Of a stretch of 64,000 nt of DNA, positions 50,561 to 63,240 are shown in pieces. The translations under genes and the position numbers were made by a program. Below the pieces are notes generated by a model that saw nothing but the letters and a program-made list of their open reading frames with translations, was not told where the DNA came from and made no database searches. Within the stretch, counting starts at the first letter, position 1. The number at the start of each line of letters is the position of its first letter. Source of the stretch: Octopus bimaculoides (lineage: Eukaryota); assembly GCF_001194135.2 (NCBI RefSeq), contig NC_068982.1:129690771-129754770 (forward strand). The letters run 5' to 3'.

Positions 50561-52262
50561 GTGTGATCATTTAAATGAATTACATATGGAGTCACTGTAA
50601 GAACAGAAATTGTGTGAGAAGCTTTGCCTGTGTGTTGTCAATTCACAAGGAGGCTGTAATAGAGAATGTTTCCTTGATATGTGCAGGTATGTTGAGATAG
50701 GAGCTCCTGAAGGAGATAAAGTTACATGCCGTTAAAAGTTGTTTGTAAGATTACTATCTGTGAGAGAACAAATCTAATATTAAGAGTTAAGATCAAATGC
50801 TATTTAGCCATCGGTCAGCTTTGATTGAATGGATCAATGATCAAAAGCATTCAAGCAGTGACTATCCCATATTTTCATACTTTAATCTTAGGCTACATTA
50901 TCCATCATCTTTCTTTAAAGATGGAAGAACGTGATTTAAGTGATGTGGTTGTTATTTTTAGTAAATAAAATGATTATGTAGCAGTCCCACTCCCTTATAA
51001 GTTACATGTACATGATGTCTGTGTACAGACATTTAGAAAACGTGTCTGCATTACTGTGCTCTATAGTTTGAAACAAGTAGGTCATCAAGTTTTAGACTAA
51101 GTCTATTTCTATTCAAGCCAACAGCTATGAATTTCATATAAAAATATAAATGTAATCACAAATAAAAATACAAAATAAAAGGTAGTGTCTGGGTGATTAG
51201 ATAAAAATTGAGACTGGAAGGTTCACAGATGCAATAACGTCTCTATAAACCTTTCAATTTTGGTATTAACCAAAAGAAATACTACACGACTTGATATTAC
51301 ATAATGTGTACAAGCTACCTGACTAGATATATCATATGAAGCCAGTAAATATTGCAGTTTTATTTTACATCTGATACATGGGAAGGTGGATGGGGGGGGG
51401 GGAGGTATGAAAGAAATGTATATAGTAAATATCCATGGAGCTTCAACTTTATATTGCATCATCTGAAAAGTGGCATCTGGTATGTAGCACAACATTGTCA
51501 TTGATCAAGCACGACAAGTTACCTGAAGATGAAATACAAACAATAAGCTGTGGAACTAGTTTCAGCATATACATTTTAATTTTCTGGTTACTTTCTGCAA
51601 ATATTTAATTGAAGTAACGATTTCATTATTCCTCAGATCAATTAAACCTGCAAGAATTAATATTACTAGATAAAAGGGGTTAACAAGTACTGTCAATTTA
51701 GCCCAAGATTAAACTATCTAGTAAAGCAAGATGAAAAATAAGCCATGTCAGTGTGAGTGGTAAAGTGTGTACAGAGCAGGTTTTGATGTTTTACAGTATC
51801 CCATTTCAGTCATGAGGCTTCCAAGTTCAAATTCTCATGCAGTTGTACTTTATTGTTATATCTAAAAATGTTACTAGCAATACATGTAGATTAATTCCTG
51901 AACAATAACAATACTTCATGAAAACAGTCCTTGTCAAGACAAACCACTAAGTGATAATTCTGCATACTAGAAGTAACCAAATCTCTCTCAAATCAGGTCT
52001 TTCAAAAAGGGATACAGATAATGTAGAACTATGTTAAAAAAGAAATCAAGGCAATTGTTGGTCAATTTCCTTTTATGAGTGTTGGTCTTTGCACCTAAGA
52101 AATGTATCAATGTATCATTGATGTTCAGTATTTAGTTTCTCCTAGATAGGTTCTGAGTTTAAACAGAAGCTGTAGTTGGTTTTAATTCCACTAGGCGGGG
52201 GAGGTGGTATTTGCAGTATGTATAACAAGTACAGAGGTTGAGTCAATTGAAAAATTAATAAA

Positions 52263-52892
52263 GTTGGAGATATGCTGTGCTTGAGAAGACCCAACAAGCC
52301 AAGTGAGACCATAGACCGTGGCCTATGCCAGTGGGTGTAATCAGCCCACTTATGAGTACCCCTCATTCTTTGGACAATAAACTTTGTTTGCAAAGACCTA
52401 TTGAGGCAAGTGAAATCAAAATCGCTGATGTGGCCAATGACGGTACTGCCTGATTGGCACTCGTGCCAGTGGAATGTTAAAAGCACATCCGAGCGTGATC
52501 GTTGCCAGGGCCATGGATTGGCTCCCGTGCCAGTGACACATAAAAAGCACCATTTGAGCATGATCGTTGCCAGTACATGTGCCGGTGATACATGAAAAAC
52601 AACATTTGAATGTGGTCATTGCCAGTGCCGCCAGACTGGCTCCCATGCAGGTAACACATAAAAAATGAGCGTGGTTGTTGCCAGAACCGCCTGACTGGCC
52701 CTCGTGCCAGTGGCACATAAAAGCACCCACTACACTCTCGGAGTGGTCGGCATTAGGAAGAGCATCCAGCTGTAGAAATATTGTCAGATCAGATTGGAGC
52801 CTGGTGCCTTCTGGCTTGCTAGTCCTCAGTCAAACCGTCAAACCCATGCCAGCATGGAAAGCGGACATTAAATGATGATGGTGATGATGATG
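52263..52892 (+). mobile_element. RTE-LINE 3' end: last codons, complete 3' UTR with five tandem units, tail
   Basis: tgg aga tat gct gtg ctt gag aag acc caa caa gcc aag tga = WRYAVLEKTQQAK*. Then the UTR, units at ~52430-52730, the core and a (GAT)n tail. Confidence 0.9.
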
Positions 52893-53429
52893 TTTTTAAT
52901 GGTATCTGTCATTGCTGAATTAGTTTCACATCAGTTTTATGTACAATATATATTAGTTCTTTATATTGTATTGAAAAACCTGGCTGTCACAACTACTGAT
53001 TCTTTATAACATCTAAAGCTTTATTACTATCTCAGAAATCTACAATGTAAAGTTGTGATGTGGTTATCATTCCTATTTTGTTCCCTAAAATTAATGTAAC
53101 TTAATGCTGAAAAGAAATTATTGCTTGAACAGAAGATGTATCTACGATCCATTGTATGGCTTCCAAGACTTGGATGGGAGGCAGGAAGGATTATATATTT
53201 ATTGCAGATATAGTTTTTGTGTGCTCAACAAATACAAAGTTTCTAAGTAAAATGTAGAGGGTAAATAACTATAATCATTAAGAAATAAATTATAATCATT
53301 AAGAAATAAAATGGAAAAAAGGCAATAGAAAATACAAAAACAATTATTTTATCAAAATAAATTGTTTCTTACAATTTGCAATAATTCAGTGAAAAGGAAT
53401 ATGTTTTACAAACAAAAAAGAAAAAAAAG

Positions 53430-54665
53430 AATATCAATGCAACATCAAGTGCTTCTATTGGTTGCACATCACAGCATTTACAGGGCAATGGTGAGGCTAA
53501 GGAATTGGAACAGCCAAGCACCCTCATGGGCATCACCTGACACCTCAGTAAGGTGAGCCGCCAACAAAGACAAGAACTTCACTGTTAGTGGAACTAGTCC
53601 ATGTTAGAGTGGGCAGGATATTGCCTACAAAAGGGGAGCAAGCATGAATGGAGGAAAGAAAACAGGGAAGAGACAGAGACGAGCACTTGTACAGACCTAG
53701 ATCCCCCCACCCAAGCTCTACTAAGAGAGTCTGACATTGACCAAGCATTAAAGTTTCCTAAAGACTAGGTTGCCAAAGCACTGGAGAGACGACGAGAATC
53801 TATAAGAGGGACTAACTGACACAATACAAAAACTTAGGAATTAACAAGTAATTCCTAAGTATAAAAAAAAACCTTGGTGGGGCTCAATTACTTCAAGACT
53901 TTTTTAAAAATTGCTCGATGTTAGCCATTTTGGATCAAAAGATAGACTTGAAAGCTAGGCCAGTAATTGGGACTCCAAGAGAGCACTATGGATGAGAAAC
54001 CACAATAGTGGGGAAGGAGTCTGTAAACAGTTTTACAGTCTGCTGGATGGTTGAGGAGCTCACATTTGGAATTGTTAATGCTAAGGCCCCTATGAACAAG
54101 TTCCTCAATCAGCATCCTCACAGTTGCAAGAACCTTGTGAGGAAGGATCCCCAAACAAGCATCATCAAGATACCAGACATTCAAGTCCAAATCAGCTCCT
54201 ATCTTGGTAACATCATCAATACACAGTGCAAAAAGAGGAGGTCCAAGTGGGTCACAGTTCGACTTCAAAGGCTGATGGGATGAGGTAATCACCAAAGGAG
54301 AGGTAGGAGGGCTCCCAATAAACTTGCCAAGCAAAGTGACAGAGTTATAGAACATTCTCCCTTACTGCATGGAGGATAACATACCAAGTGATGAAGTCAA
54401 AAGCATTCCTGATCCTCAAACCAAAGAGCTGGACCAAATACTTGCAAATGAGCAGACTCTGCTAAAGGACCACATGATGATGCTAAACTAAACATCAGAC
54501 TAAATCTATTGTCCATGTAGATCAAAGTTGGATTTGAACTTAAAATGCCTACAGCCAGACCTAAATAGCACAAAACATCCAGTGCCACTAAATAAAAACT
54601 CACAAATGTTAAAACATGATAATTTCTAACAAAGATCCTCAAAGCCACAAACTTGGAAGGGAGCA
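53430..54665 (-). mobile_element. Degraded CRE-clade non-LTR retrotransposon fragment
   Basis: DPLGPPLFALCIDD...LDLNVWYLDDACLG (CRE-type YLDD RT), ALRIFVR...LVALDV, and LG.GDLGL.KCSSLSLPCFLSS.HAC. Confidence 0.8.
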
Positions 54666-55262
54666 CTCAGTCAATTAGATTGACTTGTACTTGACTGGTA
54701 TTTTATTGAATCCAGAGCAAAGTTAAACAACAGGATTTGAGCTCAGAATACTGAGACTCAGAATAAATACAAGGCATTTCTCCATTGCTCAAATAACTTT
54801 GTTCATTACTCCACATTACTCTACAACAGACTCAGAAAAGATTCAATGCAAAAGGAAGAAATTTTTTGTTTTACAGTTAACTTTTTACCAGAGTAGAACT
54901 TCACATGTTTCACCTACTATGTAATTATAAGATTTATTGCTTTTTATTATATATAAAAATCACTTCTTTAAGTAGAAGGTATTTAAAAGCATCACTAATT
55001 TAAATGATAAAATAAAGTTTATATTATTTGTTGTAGATAATCATTATCTACTGTTGACTAGATTTGAGAAATACTTTGACTATAGACCGGATTTTGGAAA
55101 CTTAAATACTAGAGATTAGCAGGTTTGGTGACTAGCACAAGTTTAAAAAGAGTTTATCACTTTCCAAGAAAACTAAAACAAATATGAATACATTAAGAAA
55201 TTTTTTATCTCAGCCAGAAATGCTTGAAAGAACAATACAAAAGGGGGAGAAATTGAAGTATG

Positions 55263-56586
55263 ATATTGCTGAAAGTTCTGAACATTTTTCAATATACAAA
55301 AAGGGATATAAATAATTGACCTTTCAATAAATTTTATTCAATGAAATAATTTCCATTATTATTAATGACCTTTGCCCATCTATCAGGCAATTTAAATATT
55401 TCATCAACTTTCTTCGGGTAACTAAAGACATGGTTAGGCATCGTCTTGTTGGACCCCTTTCCTGTTGGCAATCTCCAGCCTCAATTCTTGGATTTTGGGG
55501 TTCAAATTAGCCAGCTAATGACAGTACACATAAGAATTAACGGTCTGGTTTTGTGGGAGAAGCTCACGATAAATAATGCCTTTATGATCCCACCAAACAT
55601 AGCTTTTTTGGCATGGATATTCATCTTTGATTGCTGTGCAGGGGTATCCTTATGCAAACTCCAGGACCTTTTTCATACTATGTTTTAGTACACAATCAAT
55701 TTTTTATCTCCAATCAAAAGTTGCTTCAAAAAAGGTATGCTTTCTGTTATGTTGACGCCCCCAGGTGAAGAAATAGGATCTCCCAAGACAAATAAATAGA
55801 GGTAGTCTGGCCGTGATAGAGTGTTGAGTAGCAGTTGTGTAGCGATCATCCGAAGGTGCTAGATAGCAGTAGCTTGAGACATAACACTTTCATTCCATTT
55901 CAAAAGCATATCACAAACGGAATACCGGTCCAAGCAATTCTTTTCTGAGAGTTTGCAAGGGACCTATATACTATAGCAAAAAATGTACCCTAGCTTCACT
56001 AGGTGTTCATAAGCTATACTTTTAGAAACTTCCAACTCCTCTGCAAGTTCTCTGGTTGTGATATTTGAGTTTTCTTTGATTTTTGCCTTCAAAACATCAT
56101 CCAATTTTGAAGGTTTTCCACTGTGTGATGAGTGAAACGACCAGCATTTAGGCAGCAAGACAGACTGAAAACTTGCGGAGATAAGGGGCTTACGACAGTG
56201 ACATCTCAATTCTCTATAGGATCTTCTAAGCTAAACACTCCAGCTTTAAATTTTGAAAACCACCTTTGAACAGTTGATTCACCTACAGTATCATTACCAT
56301 AAACTTCACAAATGTTTCTGCAAGTCTTTGCAGCATTTTCTCCTTTTTTTAAAAAAAAAAAGCATTACAACACAAATATGAAAGTTTTGGTTATTCATTT
56401 CAAATATCAATAAAGGGTGACTGGAATGAAAGTTAAATCTATTTTTAGTCAGGAACAAAGAAGAGATGCACTACTACTTCAAGCAACACCGAAGTTTTAA
56501 CTGTGTTACGTTTCAGGTGTGTTCAATGAAGAGTTAAAAGGCTTAGCTTAGCTTAAAAACACTCGGAACTTTCTAGACAACTTAAT
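55263..56586 (-). mobile_element. Mariner transposon, inactive, with two nested insertions
   Basis: GENAAKTCRNICEVYGNDTVGESTVQRWFSKFKAG, SGKPSKL..VLKAKIKENSNITTRELAEEL, VPCKLSEKN, LIGDKKLIVY, WWDHKGIIY.ELL, QQDDA, LPDRWAKVINNNGNYF. TIR-like ends at ~56560-56586 and ~55263-55290. The YSPDL/third-Asp region is deleted. Confidence 0.92.
55745..55886. mobile_element. 142 bp solo-LTR-like insertion inside the mariner
   Basis: 8 bp inverted termini TGTTATGT...ACATAACA. Exact 5 bp TSD CTTTC (55740-55744, 55887-55891). Internal AATAAA at 55791. Removing it restores the mariner LKWNES..PFLKQ context. Confidence 0.85.
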
Positions 56587-57699
56587 TTAGCATAAAACCG
56601 CACCAAAAATTTTCTAGTTGATACATCTTGACATATTGATATGTCTAGTAGTAAAATGATACTCCTGTTTCAGATATCAAGGAGATAAAAATAAAACAAA
56701 AGGTGGTATTGATGTGATAACACTGGTGGTGACAGACCAGTGTAAACTCAGTTGTTGCCCAAAGCCTTGCAAAGTTTTATGGATGTGTCAGTTCATAGTG
56801 TGTTCATGATTTTACTTTCACAGAAGTATTTTAATGTATTTCACTGGTAGTCCTCACTAATTTGTAACTGTAGTACAATTATTCTACCTCTTTTAAATAA
56901 GAATCAGTGGATAAGTACCATAAATTACATCTTCCTTGGATATTATATCTTCTTTTGTTTCCTGTTTCTTATTCTGAGTAACATCTATTAAGATTTTCTG
57001 CATTCCACTGATCTTCCTATACACTCAGTAGACCCAGTCATGTTTCAGTTGACTAGCAGTATATTAACTTTGCTAAGATTCATCATTTACCTCCAGTATT
57101 GCTAAACCCAACACTTACTGTTTTCTTAGTGAAATTTATCGACTAGCCTTCTCTAGCTCATTCTTGTATCACTTATCTACAAGCATGTATTTTGTTGCTT
57201 TGTGTGTTAGCTTCTTATTTCATATCTATTACCCTGCAGTGAAGTCATATCTTATCAAATACAAGGATTCCCCCTTCCCCCACATCTTTTATTTAGCAAC
57301 TGAAAACAAACATGGTTATTTCAACTTTCTCTCCTAGTTAAGCTTGTTCTAGCTTATATCATCCCCTATTATCTCTTACACTTTACTTTAATATACTACA
57401 ATAGGCATATGAGGTAGATGGTTGCAACACTACCCACTGGTTTAGGAAAGGCTAAGTTTTAGAAAAAAATTCAGGTGAAACCGTAGTCAAAGAATGATTA
57501 CTGAGGTCAATTTTGAGGGCAGAGGAGAATAACTTTCTAATATTCAATGCATAATTAGAACTGCAGTGCAAAATTTATCCTTGATTCTTTCCAGGTTGCA
57601 TTCTTCAAGCATTCTTTTGGCACTCACAGTAGATTGAAGTGTTATCTACACAACACTATTAAATTATTTGGCTCTGATCTGTAATTAATATTCATGCAC

Positions 57700-57930
57700 A
57701 AATGCAGTTCTATGTGAATATGTTGTCAAAATTATTATCAAATTCAACATTAGCAAGAATAAGAAACATCTTGATCTGAGTTTCTGTTTGAACTTTTTTG
57801 ATGTGACAATTCAGAATGTCATCAAATATTGTCATTTTGCAATCAAAGATTTTTGCAATATTTTTGTTGTACAAGCTTAATAGTTTTATCGTGATTATAT
57901 TATCTACTTAATTGTTTTTTTGATGGGTAG
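57700..57930 (-). mobile_element. Possible Tc1/pogo N-terminal HTH remnant
   Basis: NIAKIFDCK.TI.DDIL...KKFKQ-like remnants across frameshifts. Weak. Confidence 0.3.
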
Positions 57931-58119
57931 AGTGCAGTTTGAAAATTTAGTAGGATGCCAAAATCTTAGGTTCTCTCTCAGCTCTCCCATCTCCATTACC
58001 ACATCCAAAAAATGTCACCTATACATAAGTATGAGCTATTGATACTTACTTGTCTTATTCTTTGTACATAGCCATGTTAGTTTTTATAGTACATTGAATA
58101 TACAGCATATCAATTTCTT

Positions 58120-58453
58120 GGAAACTACAACCCACCATGCTCTGAACATCTTGCTTCCCTGGGTATGAACACAAAGCTCCAATATCTGACAACTGACTTG
58201 GTAAATACTCACAAGATTATCGGCCATCTTTCCAACAACAACCCTGAGCACCTTTTTGGATTCCTTATGCTTAACACTCATGGACATGCTTACAAAATCA
58301 AAAAATAACAGCACCCATGACACTTGGAAACATTTTCCCATGCTCAGAATTGCTGAAACATGGAATCCACTACACGCATCAGTTGTTAACTGTTGGCACA
58401 CTACATCCTTCAAAACTTCTATGCTTCACAAAATTTGCCAACAATACACATGA
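58120..58453 (+). mobile_element. CR1-clade LINE 3' coding end
   Basis: SEHLASLGMN...LTTDLVNTHKII...NTHGHAYKIKK...KHF..LRIAETWNPL..SVVN..SFK matches the CR1 ORF2 C-terminus. Confidence 0.8.
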
Positions 58454-59584
58454 TGCTCTTGCCTCCCTTATTTTTTAAAGGAGTCATTCACTGTTCACTT
58501 CCTGTGCATTATTCTATATGCTGTTCATGCACTTTGGGCTACTTTTCTGATGAGTTGTAGTGCATCTAAGTAAGTTAATTATTATTATTACCAATCAAAG
58601 CTCAACTCCTTACTTCTTGCCATCTCAATGCAAACCACCCACATAAAATACAAGTGCTTTTTAAAGATGAAATAAGCTAAAGAATATTTGAGATTGGAAA
58701 CTAAAATGACCTCATAGTAAAAATATTTAATAATGTAATGTGATGTGATAACAATGCTTGCTTATTTTCAGTAGTAATAAAGCACTTCAAGTTTTTCTTT
58801 TTCTTTTTTCCTTTAATGTGTCCAGCTGCTGTGTGCGCAGATGTTATTTTTTAAACAAAGATTTTTATAAACAACCTGTTGATTATTTCATACAGATCAA
58901 TACATAATTTATTGGAAAGAGAGCTACTGCAGTTCAAGAAGACACTTGTCATTCTTTAAATCCAAAAATGTCAGCTTCAGCAGAATTTAAAAATCCAGAT
59001 TCAACAGACTTAGGAGACACAAATGGTGACAAGAGTGATTAAGCTGTGACACACTAAAGGATAAGTAGCTCAGCTATATTGTGGTCAGATTTCAGAAAGT
59101 CATACACTTGAAAATACAACTGTCTGGAAGCTGAGTTTCTAAAACAATTGCTGTTTAGATTCAGCAACAACCATTGAAATGAATTCCATTGATAACAGTT
59201 CAGAAAATTTACAAGCATTATTTGGCTTAAGTTCTTAAAGTACAGGTCTATATATGTACTTCTTGCTTGTTGAGTTCTGAATAGACACCACTGTTATTCT
59301 GCTCCATCAATGAATTTGAGAACCAACTACTACCAATACACCAATACTACCAACATCATCCAGCTACACCTATGAGTGAAATGTAAATCTTATAACTCAG
59401 AAGCCTATTATATCACCTGATGAAGTTTCTTCTGCACTATGGGGTGCATTCGATTTCATTATACTAAAAAAGGAAAAAAAAAAAAAAAACACCCTGGGTC
59501 AGTAATGCAGAACTGCTTTAAATATTGCATGCTTTAATGCATTTTCCTGAATATGTGCCGCTGAAATTGCTTGTGTGTCTTTTA

Positions 59585-59985
59585 TGCCATCAGATACACT
59601 AACACCTTATCTTTTAAGCATTTCAATCATTTGACTGTAGGCATGCTGGGGCACCACTTTGAAACATTTTTAGTTGAACAAATCAACCCCAGTACATATT
59701 CTTTTAAGTCTAGTACTTATTCTATCAATGTCTTTTGCCAAACCACTAAGTTACAAGTGCTTAAGCACACCAACACTAGTTATCAAATGGTGGGAGAGAC
59801 AAACACAGATACAAATACACACACACACACATATATATTATGAGCTTCTTTCAGTTTCTGTCTACCAAATCCACTCAAAAGGCTTTGGTTGGCCTGAGGC
59901 TATAGAAGACATGTGCCCAATGTGTGACTGAACCCAGAACCATATAGTTGGGAAACAAGCTTCTTATCACACAGCCACACCTTTA
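59585..59985 (-). mobile_element. tRNA-derived SINE, family 2
   Basis: Full body matching 20738-21112. Other partial copies at ~4192-4360 (+), 6600-6690 (-), 18430-18565 (-), 23865-23980 (+), 41600-41780 (-) and 43930-44130 (-). Confidence 0.85.
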
Positions 59986-62046
59986 TATGAATAAAGCAAT
60001 TTTAAAAGATGATACCTAAAGCTTTTTAGTGCAAGACTGTATTAATAATATATACAAGTTAATCACATCTTTTTAGACGTTAAAGTGAATACAAGATTTT
60101 CAGTTTTGATAAGTTTAATTTTGACACTTCCAATGCTAATGAGGCACATTCAGAATAGCTTGGATTAGAGGGATTTATTCTATTGGATTCCTATCAATAT
60201 TAGGAAATCTTGAAGTATGGTTAGAATCAGAGCAAAATTAATTAATGAATTTTAGTAGAGATTAGTAGGAAATGTAATAAGGAAGAATTAGAATGAAGTA
60301 ATTACAAAAATTATGTTTATTGGTTAATACGGACATGACTAAACAAGACAGGGTTGATTAAATAGATACTCTAATGTGGACCCCTCTTTCTCTATGCCAA
60401 TATAGAAATGAAACAATGGTGTTAAGGACTACGGATTTCAGAATAATCTTGTGTAGATGCCAACTAAGTTTCTTTTTGGATACCAATAATGAAGTATTAC
60501 TTGCAATTAAAATACTACACAAGTTAGATATCAAAAAAATAATATATTTTCAGCATTAATCAGCTGCAGATGTTCATAAGTGTGCATGCATGTGCATTAG
60601 AATTTCAAATTTAGAAATTACTTATACAATTCCTCTCAATAAATTGTATCCATGGAAAAATATTTCAATACTCTATAAATACTGAAACAAGTAGCAATAT
60701 GCAATACTGCCAGACTTGACTAGTATGTGACAGCATACAAATGTTATAATGATGGCAAATGATGAAATATTAATGAAAAGAGTGTGATATGCTGTTATAG
60801 GAAATGTCTGTGACATGAATTTAAGAAAGAAAATAAATTAGAATAAATAAAACATGAGAGATCTGTCTACAATAGTTCATTACAATATTAATTTCTAACT
60901 TCATATCATGGTCATAAACATAGTGAAGGAGGGAAGTGCCTCAGATTTAATCAATGCTATTACTTCACTGGTATATACTTAATCAACGGCAACAAAATGT
61001 AAGACAGCCTAAGACATTCCTGAAGATAAACTCAAAGATAAAGAAACTCAAAAGATAAGGGATCAAAAGAAATAAAAGACATTATTGTCTGGCAGTACCA
61101 ATTCTATCTCCTACTATTTGGTTCCTCAAAACATTGGTGTCAAACTAAGAAAATTTCTACTGTACATTGACTCTATAAAATTGTAGTTGTCTATGTTGAA
61201 GCTCTTATGGGCTTGTTCAACCTGCTAGAAATACCAACCATATCTCTTTTAAACCACACTTCCCATCTAACCAAAAATAAAAGAGTTGTTGGATCTGCTC
61301 CTGAGACCACTGTGCCCAATGAAAAGACAGGATCTTCACTGCTGGAATGACTGATTACAGATCTGCTCAATCAAAATTGACTGGAGGCTAAAGAACAAAT
61401 ATCAACTTGTAAATCACATTTTTATTGAAAAGAACTTTATTTGGTTTCAGCAGAAAGTTATAAATAAAATGTATTAGATGCAAAAATATGTTTTTGTGAG
61501 AACCAAGAAAAGAAAAGAAAAAAGAAAAGACATTTCATTTAAAAGCCTATAATATTACTTTTTCAGAAGTGAGTTCATGAAACGAAATACATTTCGTAGT
61601 AAATACATTTTTTTTTTATCTTATGGAAAAGCATTATCTAAAGGAAAATGTAATAGATACAACATCTATATAAATGTTATGACATATGATATAAAGCTTC
61701 TACTTGCAGATTTCATAATTCAGTCCATTAACAAACAATGCACTTCATTCACAAAAGAGTATTAATAGGATGGAATTGACATTATTCTAAATATACCTAT
61801 AGGATGATGAAAGACGAGACAATCATTTCATCAAAAAAAATCTAGAAATAAGTAGTTTCAATTAATAGTTCAATATATTACTAACTGAAGAAAACTATAC
61901 CCTTAATTTCTGATTCAGTTTTTGATCTTAGTTGATAAAACAAATACCATTTTGTGGCGTCATTACCAGATGAATGATTCATATTTAGTTTAGAAATTTC
62001 TGAGATAAGGTAATCTAAAAATCATATATGATATCATCACCTAGAA

Positions 62047-62211
62047 CAGTGGTTCCCAACCTCTTCACTACTAAGGACCCCTTTTATTTAAATGAGCCTT
62101 CCCATGGACCCCAGGATATTGAAAGGTCTGTCAGCTTAACATGCTGATGGACCCCCAGTACTACCTTTGAAGTCGACCAGGGGTCTGCGGACCACAGATT
62201 GGGAACCACTG
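62047..62211. mobile_element. hAT (Charlie-type) MITE, 165 bp
   Basis: 13 bp TIRs CAGTGGTTCCCAA / TTGGGAACCACTG. 8 bp TSD ACCTAGAA / ATCTAGAA (one mismatch). Repeated ggacccc motifs. Confidence 0.92.
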
Positions 62212-62679
62212 ATCTAGAAGTTTCCTTGTTAGTATCAATTAACCTTGAAGAAGAGAAAGAAAAATTAAACTACATGTTTTAAATATTTATTACGGTCCAA
62301 TTTGCTTTCAGTTAAGAGAACTATGTTAAAAGTAAGAATCAGTGCTACTGACAAGATAAAATGCAACAACCATTATTTTTCTATAAAAAAAAAATTCATG
62401 CGATAAATGGTGCATCAGATTTTTGTCACTTTTTTTTTCCATTTGTGAACTATTGGATATAGACTTATTCATATTGATAAATTATACATAAGCTATAAAT
62501 TTCAATGCTACTAATCATTTGACTGCCCAGAACAGTGCATACAAGTGCAGATATAAGACTAATACTGAGCAAACGATCTACAGAATCTCTTAGAAATTCT
62601 AGTCATGAGTGTTCAGTTGTTCAATCAATTGAATTAGCATGAGTGACTGAGTATTCCTCAGACGTGTGTAACCTTAATG

Positions 62680-62930
62680 AATTAGGAAGTCAGAAATAGG
62701 GGCTGGTGAAGCCATAGAAATTCAACAACTAGTTCTGACTCTTTCCAGAGGTTGGCAAGGAGCCAAATCCTGCTACTACACATGTAGCCTTCTAGCAGCA
62801 ACCATCTCCAAACAGGGTTTGATCACAGTCTCCAACAGCTTCAAATAGCTGTCTGAATTGAGCTTAAGGTCTTGTCCAAAGATGTGAGGCAGCATGACAT
62901 AAAAATCATATTTAGTCTGAACACCCTGTA
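62680..62930 (-). mobile_element. maT/DD37D-like Tc1/mariner deletion derivative
   Basis: TA-CAGGGTGT terminus at 62921-62930, joined within ~30 bp to VMLPHIFGQDLKLNSDSYLKLLETVIKPCLEMVAARRLHV*QQDLAPC. Confidence 0.75.
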
Positions 62931-62933
62931 TAT

Positions 62934-62983
<50 letters not shown>

Positions 62984-62991
<8 letters not shown>

Positions 62992-63240
62992 GCATGGCTG
63001 TGTCGGTTAAGAAATCTATTTTTCCCAACCACATGGTTTTGGGTTCAGTCTCACTGTGTAGCAGGTCAGGCAAGTGTTTACTCTAAGCCTTGACCAAAGC
63101 CTTGAGAGCAAATCTGGTAGATAGAAACTGAAAGAATCCTGTTGTGTATGTATATCCAGATAAGTGTGTTTGTCTCCTTGTCTTGACATTGATAGTTGTA
63201 CATGAGTGACACATTTCCCATATTCTATGAAAATAGGTTT
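62984..63240 (+). mobile_element. tRNA-derived SINE, family 2
   Basis: gcaggcatggctgtgtcggttaag ... gggttcagtctc ... ggcaagtgtttactctaagcc ... gatagaaactgaaagaatcc. Confidence 0.8.

Noticed and set aside
51520-51570. CTGAAGA...GGAACTAGT hammerhead-like words
   Set aside because: No helix I or helix II pairing can be drawn.
52430-52730. CRISPR-like look of the hairpin-containing tandem units
   Set aside because: There are no unique spacers, the units are degenerate, no cas genes are present, and the array is embedded in a eukaryotic LINE 3' UTR.
53262-53310. Short tandem duplication (tataatcattaagaaataaa x2); similar ones at 21799-21835 and 61025-61058
   Set aside because: Ordinary slippage duplications in AT-rich intron sequence.
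59415-59460. CTGATGA followed by a TGCAC/GTGCA hairpin
   Set aside because: No GAAA after the stem and no helix III/NUH; not a hammerhead.
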